Shown: in pieces, positions 33,016 through 46,900 of the stretch
Layout: every line of letters begins with the position of its first letter
Position numbering within the stretch: the stretch's first letter is position 1
NCBI GenBank assembly: GCA_002269645.1
Contig: NIVC01002541.1
Coordinates: forward strand, 1 to 64,000
Length of the DNA stretch: 64,000 nt
Direction of reading: 5' to 3'
Source of the DNA: Macrostomum lignano
Lineage: Eukaryota
Translations under genes and position numbers: made by a program
The notes under the pieces: model-generated
The model's input: only the letters and a program-made list of their open reading frames with translations
Databases searched by the model: none
Told to the model about the DNA's origin: nothing

Positions 33016-34067
33016 ATGGCACAGGCTGAGCAGTTGATTTCGAGACATCCTCAACTTCTTATAGCTAAATATTATATTGGTAAAACGTTGATTTTCAAGC
33101 TCTCCGTTATTTTGTCTATGGCTGTAACCAAGGACCACTCTACTGTAGTCCCTGTGTAGTACATGTATAACATTACGTAAAACTCAAAGATCGGCTAATT
33201 TTTAAGAGGTCAATTTACTGGAAAAAGATACACAGCAAAGATAGGAAAAATCAATTGCATTTGATCTGGGGCAGTGAAGATTAACCATTCCTTTAAGTTA
33301 GGACGCACAGCATGTTTACTGCGTTGTATTTTCAATAGTTGTATAGTGAAAGTTTCATTTTGATATTGTTTTGTTTAGTTCATAAGCCCAATTGCCAAAG
33401 TTGTAAATTACTATAAAATAAAAATTTTTCCTGCTTTGAATCAATTATTCGTACATTTGAATTGAAATTTTTGCATAACTCCTTAGCCCGTAGGTACAGT
33501 AGTTGCTTTTAAATGCATATTACTGTATAGTTCCTATTCCCAAAAGCAATCAATTTTCAATTCTTATCGTAAGGCTAAGATCGGCAAATGGTAAGAGGTT
33601 TTGATAGTATTAAATTCTTTGTTAATAATTCATTAAAAAATATATTTTTTGTTGTTATACTCGTAAAGTGGCTTGTCCCAAATCTAATACGCGTGTGTAA
33701 TTATTAATGTTTTAGACTTTTAGTTATATTGTTTCAGTTATTCTCTAATTATCATATCAGTTTTTGCCGGCTCGCTAGCAATTACCACACGGAAAAATTG
33801 CGACTACTGATGCTACTGTTGTTCAGTAGGTCAGTAGTGCATATTACTGTTTTTTTGTAATTTTTTGCTCAGTGTAAGTTGTTTAGTCCTATGATACGAA
33901 TCCTATGAAATTGTGCCAGTCAGCTCTGGTTAGTTTCTTAAAAATTCGAGTATTCGCAGCCAAAAATTTATCTGCCTTGAAAATCGGCTTGAATTTCTAA
34001 GTTGAGATTCTCCAAAACTTTTCACCTGATTTACATTATTGGTTCGATTGGGTCATCAAGGGCAGCG

Positions 34068-34350
34068 CTCCTGGTGCTTAATCCCCTGGTGCTGATTCCC
34101 CTGGTGCTAAATCCCCTGGTGCTGATTCCCCTGGTGCTAAATCCCCTGGTGCTGAATCCTCTGGTGCTAAATCCCCTGGTGCTGATTCCCTGGTGCTGAA
34201 TCCCCTGGTGCTGAATCCCCTGGTGCTGAATCCCGTGGTGCTGAATCATCTGGTGCTAAATCCCCTGGTGCTGATTCCCCTGGTGCTAAATCCCCTGGTG
34301 CTAAATCCCCTGGTGCTAAATCCCGTGGTGCTAAATCCCCTGGTGCTGCT
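34068..34350. repeat. 15-bp minisatellite (ATCCCCTGGTGCTGA/AA), same family as 36195-36930
   Basis: About 18 units. Confidence 0.9.
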
Positions 34351-34840
34351 AAATCCCCAAGCGCCCTCGAGCCCCCCTCCCGAGCCAATTTACGTCCTTC
34401 AGCGACCACCCCTTCCGAAGCATTCATTTTGATAATTGTCTGTAATTTCAACTTTAAAAATTTTTATTTGCTTGACGAATGTTTAAAGCGAAGCATCCGG
34501 TTTGTGTAGATAGCTTATTATGGACTAATAGCCATAAGAGCGTACTGTGTCCACCAAGCAGTGCAGCGCCAAGCGTACATGTACGTACCCGCTCTGCAGT
34601 TAAAATATTTTCCACTGATAAGAAACGCCTAAAGGTTCTGTACTCATAGCTAGCCTGTACAATTAATTGCAAATGCGCGTGTGTATGTTTATAAAATGCA
34701 ATTGCAGAGCTGCATGCATGAACTGAAGTAAAGAACAGGAGACTTTTCACCTGTTTCGCGTAGCCTCCGGATTCGGTGGGCCTCTAAGTCGTCGGAACCC
34801 TGCAGCTCCATTGACTTTGATTGTGGCGCCGAAAATCAGC

Positions 34841-35125
<285 letters not shown>

Positions 35126-35357
35126 TCTACACATTAGAACTAGTTCATATAAACTAAGTATGAAACATTTTAAATTTTTGTGTTTTTAAAAAACTTTATA
35201 TATGGTCCTTTGTCGGTTTGAGAAACAAAAATTATTGTTTTGCTGGGCAATCTAGCCTTCCTTTTATCCCCATTGTATCGATATTTAATATTTTCCCATC
35301 ATTTTCCCAACTTTCAAAATTATGATTAAATCATAAAATTTATGCGCAGCTTCCGCA

Positions 35358-38300
35358 ATGATGCCGAAAACAGCCGGTTCTGTTGCTGCATGCCTATTGC
35401 TACTAACTGCTACATGCGGTAGCGTACACAGTTACACTACTAACAGTAGTAGTAGAGTTAGCACAGCAGTCGCCAAGCATTACTGCAGCAGAGAGTCAAA
35501 AATCGTTGAAATTTCTCCCCGCGATGCTATCATAGAAATCGCAACTCGGTACAATGACTCCAATGAGTCGCTGCCTAGCAACACAAACTGCAAGTTCGTC
35601 ATCCGAGGCTGGACCCATTCGCGATATCTCATCACAGTTGTCGAGGCCGACCTTGCAAACGACGCCGCCTACCTGGAAGTGACTGACAGCAACAGGACCC
35701 TGCTGCACGATGTTAATTTGCACTTTAGCAGGCGACTGGCTGTCAGCCGCGGCGGCTCCATCTCGGTGAACTTCTCGATGGGCTGGCATAGCCGGCGAAC
35801 CGGGTCAGGAGGCGGAGGCTACCGGATCCGATTGGAGCGATTCTTCAGTCACCAGTGCCCACCGAACTGGACTCAGGCTGTGTGGACTGAGAATCAGAGC
35901 TTCTGCATCAGCCCTTCATCAGCTGATTTCCTTGGCCTGGGCGCTAACGCCGTCGCTGGTTACGTCACGGCGCAGTACATCTGCAACCGGTTGAGAGCCA
36001 ACCTGCTGATGCCACCAAAGGTGACGGCCTCTTGGTCTGTCAACTAAAATATGAGCATTTGATGTGCTTCCAAAGAACAGTTGGTGCCCCCAGGAATTTC
36101 ATATTTTTTAAGAAACGAAGTTTCCCGTCCTCTGTTTACAACGTCATGAGCCTTCTTTTTAGTCTCCCTTGGTGCTTGGAGCTCGTCTTGCTGATTATCC
36201 TGGTGCTGATTCCCCTGGTGCTGATTCCTCTGGTGCTAATTCCCTTGGTGCTGATTCCCCTGGTGCTGATTCCCCTGGTGCTAATTCCCTTGGTGCTGAT
36301 TCCCCTGGTGCTAATTCCCCTGGTGCTGATTCCCCTGGTGCTAATTCCCCTGGTGCTGATTCCCCTGGTGCTAATTCCCCTGGTGCTGATTCCCCTGGTG
36401 CTAATTCCCCTGGTGCTGATTCCCCTGGTGCTAAATCCCCAGGTGGTAAATCCCCAGGTGCTAATTAAATCCCCTGGTGCTAAATCCCCTGGTGATGAAT
36501 CCCCAGGTGCTAATTAAATCCCCTGGAGCTGAACCCTTTGGTGCTAAATCCCCTGGAGCTGAACCCTTTGGTGCTAAATCCCCTGGAGCTGAACCCTTTG
36601 GTGCTAAATCCCCTGGAGCTGAACCCTTTGGTGCTAAATCCCCTGGAGCTGAACCCTTTGGTGCTAAATCCCCTGGAGCTGAACCCTTTGGTGCTAAATC
36701 CCCTGGAGCTGAACCCTTTGGTGCTAAATCCCCTGGAGCTGAACCCTTTGGTGCTAAATCCCCTGGAGCTGAACCCTTTGGTGCTAAATCCCCTGGAGCT
36801 GAACCCTTTGGTGCTAAATCCCCTGGAGCTGAACCCTTTGGTGCTAAATCCCCTGGAGCTGAACCCTTTGGTGCTAAATCCCCTGGAGCTGAACCCTTTG
36901 GTGCTAAATCCCCTGGAGCTAAAGCCCCTGATGCTATGAATCATTACTATTCATTTTTTGCTCAACTTGCAGTCCCAACGTAAGTCACAGCTGGAGTATC
37001 TGCAGAAAAAGCTCGACTACAAAGACCTGGTGTGGATTGGCCTGATGAGCAACAGTTCAGCTGCTCCAGGAAAAAATCTCTATTGGCTTGACAACTCGCA
37101 GGAGCAACCGCAAAAGTGAGAAGCAGCTTACAAGTTAGCTTTCATACAAAAATGTAGGCGAGCATTTCAAATTCCAAAATTTTGCAACTTCACATCGTCT
37201 TCTTTTTTACAACTTTAAAATTTTACTGCATCAAGTTTTCTTTTGTTGGCTTTTTACAAAGGCCCCAACCTTCACCATCCCCAACCTTCGCCATCCCCAA
37301 CCTTCACCATCCCCAACCTTCACCATCCCCAACCTTCACCATCCCCAACCTTCACAATCCCCAATCTTCACCATCCCCAACCTTCACGATCCCGGCCAAC
37401 CTTCACGATCCCCAACCTTCACAATCCCCAATCTTCACCATCCCCAACCTTCACCATCCCCAATCTTCACAATCCCCAACCTTCACAAACCCAAACCTTC
37501 ACAATCCCCAATCTTCACGATCCCCAACCTTCACAATCCCCAATCTTCACCATCCCCAACCTTCACCATCCCCAATCTTCACCATCCCCAATCTTCACCA
37601 TCCCCAACCTTCACCATTCCCAATCTTCACCATCCCCAACCTTCACCATCCCCAACCTTCACCATCCCCAACCTTCACCATCCCCAACCTTCACAATCCC
37701 CAATCTTCACAATCCCCAATCTTCACGATCCCCAACCTTCACAAACCCAAACCTTCACAATCCCAACCTTCACAAACCCAAACCTTACAATCCCCAATCT
37801 TCACCATCCCCAACCTTCACAATCCCCAATCTTCACAATCCCCAATCTTCACGATCCCCAACCTTCACAAACCCAAACCTTCACAATCCCAACCTTCACA
37901 AACCCATACCTTCACAATCCCAACCTTCACAAACCCAAACCTTCATAATCCCCAATCTTCACCATCCCCAACCTTCACAATCCCCAATCTTCACCATCCC
38001 CAACCTTCACAATCCCCAATCTTCACCATCCCCAATCTTCATCATCCCCAATCTTCACCATCCCCAATCTTCACCATCCCCAATCTTCACCATCCCCAAC
38101 CTTCACCATCACCAATCTTCACCATCCCCAACCTTCACCATCACCAATCTTCACCATCCCCAACCTTCACAATCCCCAATCTTCACCATCCCCAACCTTC
38201 ACCATCCCCAATCTTCACCATCCCCAATCTTTACCATCCCCAACCTTCACCATCCCCAATCTTCACCATCCCCAACCTTCACAATCCCCAATCTTCACAA

Positions 38301-39132
38301 TCCCCAATCTTCACAATCCCAATCTTCACAAACCCAAACCTTCACAATCCCAACCTTCACAAACCCAAATCTTCACAATCCCCAACCTTCACGATCCCGG
38401 CCAACCTTCACGATCCCCAACCTTCACGATCCCCAACCTTCACGATCCCCAACCTTCACGATCCCCAACCTTCATGATCCCCAATATTCACAATCCCCAA
38501 TATTCACAATTCTGACCAACCTCAATTTTACAATCAGTTGTTAAAACTTCCACTAAATTCGAGCCACTGTCGATACCTTTAACTAATCCAGAGACCCCGA
38601 CTTTCTGACCTGCCGTTCGGGCTACACCTGGTCTTCTGGGTCTGCCTGTCAGCTGGGTGAGCTGTTCGGCTTGCTCCGGCCAACACCATCAGCCTATCTA
38701 CTTTTGGAGCGGCCTAATGAGCAGCACTACTTTGCCTGCTCAGCACCCTTAGGCGGCACCGATGACTTCTATCCAGTGTGGCTAGAACAGTCGCTCTTTA
38801 ACGTACAAGGTGACCAAAATTCACAGTTGCCAGTCAGCGAATATCGAAAATTTTTCAATGAAAATTTCAACATCATTATGCCCGCACTGATGCTTGGTGT
38901 GGTTGCCATGGCGTTAGTTGGTCTTGTCATGATCTATCGCCTAAAGTTTCACAGCGGCATTCCGACTGATAAAAAGCTTCGAGCTGGACAACATCCAGCA
39001 GATGAAGCACAACAACCCTTAATTAATAATGGATATCCAGGAAATGGAGATATCGAAGAATCAAGAGAAGAATATTTCGACGCCAATCCCAGCACTCATA
39101 ATGCTGTAGATGCTCATAATATACTACAATAA
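35358..39132 (+). CDS. Type I membrane protein: signal peptide, CUB-like domain, C-type lectin-like domain, TM helix, short acidic tail
   Basis: Exons 35358-36020, 36973-37115, 38592-39132; phases 0/2 match. CUB-like C...NTNCKFVIRG...YLEV...SISVNF...GYRIRL; CTLD CPPNW...FC...AQYICNRLRANL...VWIGL...LYWLD...YFACS; TM IIMPALMLGVVAMALVGLVMIY. Confidence 0.8.
36195..36930. repeat. 15-bp minisatellite that converts into a homogeneous 30-bp dimeric array (CCCTGGAGCTGAACCCTTTGGTGCTAAATC) from ~36520
   Basis: Lies in intron 1 of the CUB/CTL gene; 13 identical 30-mers. Confidence 0.94.
37262..38500. repeat. ~15-bp C/A-rich minisatellite (CCCCAACCTTCACCAT), AG-free, filling intron 2 of the CUB/CTL gene
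   Basis: About 80 degenerate units; source of spurious ORFs 37182..38477 and 37243..38544. Confidence 0.93.
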
Positions 39133-39194
39133 TAAGCACCATAAGCTTTGGCGTTTTTTGGCCCTAGACTTAATCGTGCAGAGCGTCTTTGGGG

Positions 39195-39730
39195 AGATTT
39201 GGCCATAGACAATAGTCGATCCTGCCACGCTTTAATGGTTCATTGGCCATAGACAATAGTCCATCCTGCGTGCTTTGATTGTTCATTGGCCATAGACAAT
39301 AGTCGATCCTGCGCGCTTTGATTGTTCATTGGCCATAGACAATAGTCCATCCTGCGCGCTTTGATTGTTCATTGGCCATAGACAATAGTCGATCCTGCGC
39401 GCTTTGATTGTTCATTGGCCATAGACAATAGTCCATCCTGCGCGCTTTGATTGTTCATTGGCCATAGACAATAGTCGATCCTGCACGCTTTGATTGTTCA
39501 TTGGCCATAGACAATAGTCGATCCTGCGCGCTTTGATTGTTCATTGGCCATAGACAATAGTCCATCCTGCGCGCTTTGATTGTTCATTGGCCATAGACAA
39601 TAGTCCATCCTGCGCGCTTTGATTGTTCATTGGCCATAGACAATAGTCCATCCTGCGCGCTTTGATTGTTCATTGGCCATAGACAATAGTCGATCCTGCG
39701 CGCTTTGATTGTTCATTGGCCATAGACAAT
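39195..39730. repeat. 43-bp minisatellite starting ~60 bp after the CUB/CTL stop
   Basis: About 12 units of TTCATTGGCCATAGACAATAGTC(C/G)ATCCTGCGCGCTTTGATTG. Confidence 0.93.
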
Positions 39731-40211
39731 GATCAATCATGCATGCTGTTATGCTTTATTGGCCATTAACCATAGATTTTATCTCGGGCTTATACCAATT
39801 AGATGCCTTGAACTGCGAATCAACCTGTGTCAGTCAATAAGTTAATTACCTAAATTTTTATTTCTTTGATCAGTGCAGGCAGAGATGATTAGTATTACAT
39901 TCGGAAATACGAGTGCATGCCATGTATATTCAAAGTTACAGCAAGGTTTTAAAATATTGAATAACGTTTGAATACGAAAAGGGAGATCATACCAAATTAT
40001 GGATGAATTCAAATCGATATGATTGTTTTCAAAGCTCTGTAATATTAAGTTTGTCGTAAATAAATGTATTATATACATTACTATTGTAAGACTTACCACA
40101 AGAAAAATATTATTCCATATGTAGAAGATTTGAATAAATAATTCTTTTCTTTGCTGAATTTAAGACAAAACAGTTAAATTATATTTGAACCCAATTCCAA
40201 ACTTTGTCCGA

Positions 40212-42560
40212 AACTCAGATGCTTGACCCAATTCTCATGATGACTCAGATACTTGACCCAATTCTCATGATGACTCAGATGCTTGACCCAATTCTCATGA
40301 TGACTCAGATGCTTGACCCAATTCTCATGATGACTCAGATACTTGACCCAATTCTCATGATGACTCAGATGCTTGACCCAATTCTCATGATGACTCAGAT
40401 GCTTGACCTAATTCTCATGATGACTCAGATGCTTGACCCAATTCTCATGATGACTCAGATGCTTGACCCAATTTTCATGATGACTCAGATGCTTGACCCA
40501 ATTCTCATGATGACTCAGATACTTGACCCAATTCTCATGATGACTCAGATGCTTGACCCAATTGTCATTTTGACTCAGATGCTTGACCCAATTCTCATGA
40601 TGACTCAGATGCTTGACCCAATTCTCATGATGACTCAGATGCTTGACCCAATTGTCATTTTGACTCAGATGCTTGACCCAATTCTCATGATGACTCATGA
40701 TGCTTGACCCAATTTTCATGATGACTCAGATGCTTGACCCAATTTTCATGAACATTCAGATGCTTGACCCAATTTTCATGATGACTCAGATGCTTGACCC
40801 AATTTTCATGAACATTCAGATGCTTGACCCAATTTTCATGATGACTCAGATGCTTGACCCAATTCTCATGATGACTCAGATGCTTGACCCAATTGTCATG
40901 ATGACTCAGATGCTTGACCCAATTTTCATGAACATTCAGATGCTTGACCCAATTTTCATGATGACTCAGATGCTTGACCCAATTTTCATGAACATTCAGA
41001 TGCTTGACCCAATTTTCATGATGACTCAGATGCTTGACCCAATTTTCATGAACATTCAGATGCTTGACCCAATTTTCATGATGACTCAGATGCTTGACCC
41101 AATTTTCATGAACATTCAGATGCTTGACCCAATTTTCATGATGACTCAGATGCTTGACCCAATTTTCATGAACATTCAGATGCTTGACCCAATTTTCATG
41201 ATGACTCAGATGCTTGACCCAATTTTCATGAACATTCAGATGCTTGACCCAATTTTCATGATGACTCAGATGCTTGACCCAATTCTCATGATGACTCAGA
41301 TGCTTGACCCAATTGTCATGATGACTCAGATGCTTGACCCAATTTTCATGAACATTCAGATGCTTGACCCAATTTTCATGATGACTCAGATGCTTGACCC
41401 AATTTTCATGAACATTCAGATGCTTGACCCAATTTTCATGATGACTCAGATGCTTGACCCAATTTTCATGAACATTCAGATGCTTGACCCAATTCTCATG
41501 ATGACTCAGATGCTTGACCCAATTTTCATGATGACTCAGATGCTTGACCCAATTCTCATGATGACTCAGATACTTGACCCAATTCTCATGATGACTCAGA
41601 TGCTTGACCCAATTGTCATTTTGACTCAGATGCTTGACCCAATTCTCATGATGACTCAGATGCTTGACCCAATTCTCATGATGACTCAGATGCTTGACCC
41701 AATTGTCATTTTGACTCAGATGCTTGACCCAATTCTCATGATGACTCATGATGCTTGACCCAATTTTCATGATGACTCAGATGCTTGACCCAATTTTCAT
41801 GAACATTCAGATGCTTGACCCAATTTTCATGATGACTCAGATGCTTGACCCAATTTTCATGAACATTCAGATGCTTGACCCAATTTTCATGATGACTCAG
41901 ATGCTTGACCCAATTTTCATGAACATTCAGATGCTTGACCCAATTTTCATGATGACTCAGATGCTTGACCCAATTCTCATGATGACTCAGATGCTTGACC
42001 CAATTGTCATTTTGACTCAGATGCTTGACCCAATTCTCATGATGACTCATGATGCTTGACCCAATTTTCATGATGACTCAGATGCTTGACCCAATTTTCA
42101 TGAACATTCAGATGCTTGACCCAATTTTCATGATGACTCAGATGCTTGACCCAATTTTCATGAACATTCAGATGCTTGACCCAATTTTCATGATGACTCA
42201 GATGCTTGACCCAATTTTCATGATGACTCAGATGCTTGACCCAATTTTCATGATGACTCAGATGCTTGAACCAATTCTCATGATGACTCATGATGCTTGA
42301 CCCAATTTTCATGATGACTCAGATGCTTGACCCAATTTTCATGAACATTCAGATGCTTGACCCAATTTTCATGATGACTCAGATGCTTGACCCAATTTTC
42401 ATGAACATTCAGATGCTTGACCCAATTTTCATGATGACTCAGATGCTTGACCCAATTTTCATGATGACTCAGATGCTTGACCCAATTTTCATGAACATTC
42501 AGATGCTTGACCCAATTTTCATGATGACTCAGATGCTTCACCCAAGTCATATGATGACTC
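40212..42560. repeat. 30-bp satellite (TCAGATGCTTGACCCAATTCTCATGATGAC) with 60-bp higher-order dimers
   Basis: About 78 units; alternating GATGAC/AACATT variants; the same register-shift junction recurs four times. Confidence 0.96.
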
Positions 42561-42664
42561 AGCATTTTCAATTCATGCTCAATTCGCTTAATGCTTTAAA
42601 ATTTGATTTTCATCTTATTCAGCTGGTAATTTGGAGGAGACTGCATCAACCGTTCACCAGTAAG

Positions 42665-43045
42665 CAGGGGCGTTGCCATGTATTTTATGGTGGGGGGACA
42701 AAGCCAAGAACTCTACGTCTCTACATGTACATTATTTTCAGAATCAGTGTTGTCAGTGCTTATTTTAGCGCCGCAGGCACTCATTTTAGCGCCGCAGGCA
42801 CTCATTTTAGCGCCGCAGGCACTCATTTTGGCGCCGCAGGCACTCATTTTGGTGCCGCAGGCACTCATTTTAGCGCCGCAGGCACTCATTTTAGCGCCGC
42901 AGGCACTCATTTTAGCGCCGCAGGCACTCATTTTGGTGCCGCAGGCACTCATTTTTGCGCCGCAGGCACTCATTTTAGCGTTGCAGGCACTCATTTTGGT
43001 GCCGCAGGCACTCATTTTAGCGCCGCGGGCACTCATTTTGGTGCT
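42665..43045 (-). mobile_element. Partial second copy of the satellite-carrying hAT element (one end plus 21-bp array)
   Basis: CAGGGGCGTTGCCATG...TACATGTACATTATT...AGAATCAGTGTT matches the reverse complement of 16320-16412, followed by ~13 units of TTTTAGCGCCGCAGGCACTCA. Confidence 0.8.
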
Positions 43046-43921
43046 TACCCTTGGTGCTTGGTGCTTACAATCTGTGGTTGTACCTGTTACCAAGGCCCTC
43101 ATTTCAATTCAAGCTACTAAGCTATAAATAGTTATAACCTAATAGTTATACAGGTCGATTCTCCCATAAAGAACAAAGTAGCTTATAAATAATCAAGATT
43201 TGAAACGCCATTAAAAAACAATTGCATTTGTCTGCTGCTATTAAAGACAACACGTTGGCCAGATGAAGAAAGTTTTCAATGCCAAACCTTTTCTTAACAC
43301 AGTTTTATTAAACCAACCAAAAGAAATTTGAACGCATAGAATTCATATTATTAATAGTAGTAAGCAGCGCATGTTTCCTGGCCTCAAATTGGTCTCGCGC
43401 CAATCATGCCTACTTACTAAACTACTATTAGGAATCTCTATCTCTCTGGCAGCTTAATATTAATTGAAAGCTATATTTGATTGAAAGTTAATGTTCTGTC
43501 TGCAAATGATTTGCCACCCAACAAGCACTGACATTATCCATTCCTGATTAACAAAATTTAAAGCAGCATAAAATGAGAAAATCAGCGCGCCTGTTAAGAA
43601 TTGGAATTAAAACAAAATGGCCATTACTAGAGTACACCGAAGGTGATAATGACTTAAATTAATTAATTAATTAACTTGAGGCGCAACAGCTTGAACAAGA
43701 CAAGAAATTGAAAGTAAATTGCATTGATCATTTTGTGCCAGAATTAGCGCATCATTTTCCTATGAAATGTAATTGGAGCTGGACTCAACATTAATCAGTG
43801 CTACAGGCGGTCTTGAAAAACACACGCAAGGAAATGCTTTATAGAGTGGGCACGCGACAGCGACAGACACAAGCGGGAAGATTCTCTGGCAGGCACACAG
43901 GGACACATTGCCCCGCCAAGG

Positions 43922-46900
43922 TCACCACACAGAGGAGGCTGCAGCTTCGGCTTTGCCATCGTCTGGCGAAGCGTCGCTAGGGAAGAATCGCCTCTGCCAG
44001 CCGTCCAAATCCACCCAGGGCAGGATGTGCACGCTGGCGCCTGACCCCGGCAGAGGCACTGAGTACATGTCCAGCAGGGACCGGGAGGTCGCCTGCTCGG
44101 TCTCGGACTCAGCATCCGCTGCTGCCGAGGCTTCAACTAGCGGAGGCAGGGCCGGCCAGTCGTGCAGGAAATTCGGCAGCAGGCGCGGCCTAGAGACCGG
44201 CGCGCCGGCTTCAACGGCGTCAGCGTACGACGCCGATTCGTGGTCGATGGCTACTTCCGCGGCTTCTTCAACCACGGGATGGCTGACGGCGCTTTCTAAG
44301 AATTTGTGCAGCAGAGCCGATTCGCCGTCCGGGGGCAGCGCGGCGGCCGAGGCGCTGGCGAGGGCAGCCGCTGAGGAGGAGGCGGCAGAGGCGGGACTGT
44401 CAACTCGGCGGCGTTTTCGAGTGGAGCCGCCTGCAGTCTGCTGCTGCTGCTGCTGCCGGGCGGCCGGCTGCTCAGGTGCCAGGCCGTCCGTCTCTCGAGG
44501 CACTTCGTTGTTTAAAATTCGGGCCAGAGTCTCCAGCCTGAGGCCTTCGCGACCTGTGAGCAGCTCGGCAGTGGACCGGACCTGGGAAAGAAAGGCCGGT
44601 GACGAAGGGTAAGACTGGGGTTCGAGTTCAGCTGTAAGGGGCACTGGGGGTCACTGAAGGATCAGGAAGGGGCATTGGGGGTCACTGAAGGATCAGAAAG
44701 TGGCACTGGGGGTCACTGAAGGATCAGGAAGGGGCATTGGGGGTCACTGAAGGATCAGAAAGTGGCACTGGGGGTCACTGAAGGATCAGGAAGGGGTAGT
44801 AGGGGGGTCACTGAAGGATCAGAAAGTGGCACTGGAGGTCACTGAAGGATCAGAAAGTGGCACTGGGGGTCACTGAAGGATCAGGAAGGGGTAGTAGGAG
44901 GTCACTGAAGGATCAGAAAGTGGCACTGGGGGTCACTGAAGGATCAGGAAGGGGCATTGGGGGTCACTGAAGGATCAGAAAGTGGCACTGGGGGTCACTG
45001 AAGGATCAGGAAGGGGTAGTAGGGGGTCACTGAAGGATCAGAAAGTGGCACTGGAGGTCACTGAAGGATCAGGATCAGGGGTACTGGGGGTCACTGAAGG
45101 ATCAGGAAGGGGTACTGGGGGTCACTGAAGGATCAGGAAGGGGTAGTAGGGGGTCAGTGAAGGATCAGGATCAGGGGTACTGGGGGTCACTGAAGGATCA
45201 GGAAGGGGTAGTAGCGGGTCACTGAAGGATCAGGATCAGGGGTACTGGGGGTCACTGGGGGATCAGGAAAAGCGGACTATCACAGAAAGCAGTGACCACG
45301 CACTCACCTTAGCCAGCTTAGCGGGAACAGCAGAGGCAGAGCTGGCGGTGTCCCCTGACGCAGCATTGGCTGCCGCTCGTTTTCGAATGCGCACCGAGGC
45401 AGAGGAGGGGGTGGCGGCAGGCGGCGGCACGATCACAGAGGCCGATGAGCCGACGGAGCCCACCGAGCCGGACTCGCCGTCGACAGAAGCGGCATTGGCG
45501 ACAGGAACGGTGGCTTCATCAACAGCGGGTTGAACTGCAGCAACCTGAGCAGGAGGCGCAGGCACCGGATTGGAGCCGTTGCCATTGACAACCACTGAAT
45601 AGTTGGGATCGTTAGCCGACACCAATGGCTGCCAGCCTTTTAATAATCGGCGCAGACGCCGCTGCAAATCCGTGGAATCGGTGAATCGGCGAACCTCGTT
45701 GAGCAATTTGCCCAGCCGAGTGGTCTCCAGCTGGGCCCGAGTCATTGGAAACGACTCCAACATGGAGGCGGCCTGCGACAGCTGCTGGGCGCTGGTCACC
45801 ATCTAGTGAGAGTTGAGGTGCGCAGTTCATTTTTTTAAATTCGAAAAAATGCCAATTGCACTACTAAAACAAATGTCAGTAGTAAAGTGAGGATTTAGTA
45901 GAATGGATTACATTATAATAGTTATAGATTAACTGCAACTTGTTTTTTATCATCACAGCATAAAAATGACTAATAGCAGCCAGTGAAACAAGTCTAGTAT
46001 ATGCTTCTAAAGAATCTATGGTTTTATTATCGGCGTCTTTCACAAGGCTGTGTATTTAGCTGGGCAGCTAAATTCAATGAATAAACTTGCGAGCCTCTTA
46101 CTAGCTAGCAGGCAGTGAATGTACACTCGATAGATACTTCAATGCTTTAAATCGGGAAGTTCAAACGCTAACTGTTTCTGCTAAACGCTAACTGCTAGAG
46201 AGGAGAAACAGTAGGGAGAGATGAAAGAGTAGAGAGGAGAAAGTAGAAAGAACACATATGAGAGCAAAGAAAGATGAGAGATGATAGATCTGAGGGGAGA
46301 GAGAGAGAAGCGAGAAGAGAAGGGAGAGAGGAGAGAGATGAGAAAAGAAATGAGAGAGCAAAGGGGAAAGATGAGAAAATAGAGATGAGAGCGCAGAGCG
46401 CAGAGAGGAGAGATGAGAGATGAGAGATGATTGATAAGAAAGTAAGAGTAGAGATGAGAGAGGAGCAGAGAGCAGAGAGAAGAGATTAGATAAAGGAGCA
46501 AAGAGGAGAGAGGAGACAGGAGAGAGTCTCAGTCTGGACGATGGCAGGCAGTCAATTTTTGCAAACAGGTAAAACAACATGGTTTTTGGGAGGTTAAAAG
46601 AGGATTTGGGGAGGATTTGGACGATGGGATTCGTGTCATTGGATTCAGCTGATGGATTTCAGGGAATGAAATTCTGGCAATGGGAGTTCTATCCCCTTAC
46701 TCCGCCAACGGAGGAGTTGGCCTCGTTGTATTATATAATTCCATATAATTCTAGTCTATTTAGTGCCCTATCACTATAACCTCCATACTTCTGTAGCCAT
46801 AGCTATACCAAATTTTACTATACCATCTCTATAACCATAATTTTTATGTTTTAAATGGTCAAATCTCCATATTCTGAATTTTCCTATAGCCATACTATAA

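Noticed and set aside
34731-34810. Second hammerhead-like motif on the minus strand (CCGACGA...GAAAC...GUC)
   Set aside because: The core is CCGA, not CUGA, there are extra nucleotides at the stem I junction, and stem II pairs poorly.
37182-38544. Two >430-aa Pro/Ser/Thr-rich mucin-like ORFs
   Set aside because: They arise from a stop-free 15-bp array; the flanking CTL exons splice in phase across the region.
40212-42560. CRISPR-like regular array (30-bp period); also considered for the 33-, 36-, 39- and 43-bp arrays
   Set aside because: Units are contiguous with no unique spacers, there are no cas genes, and the context is eukaryotic: ordinary minisatellites.
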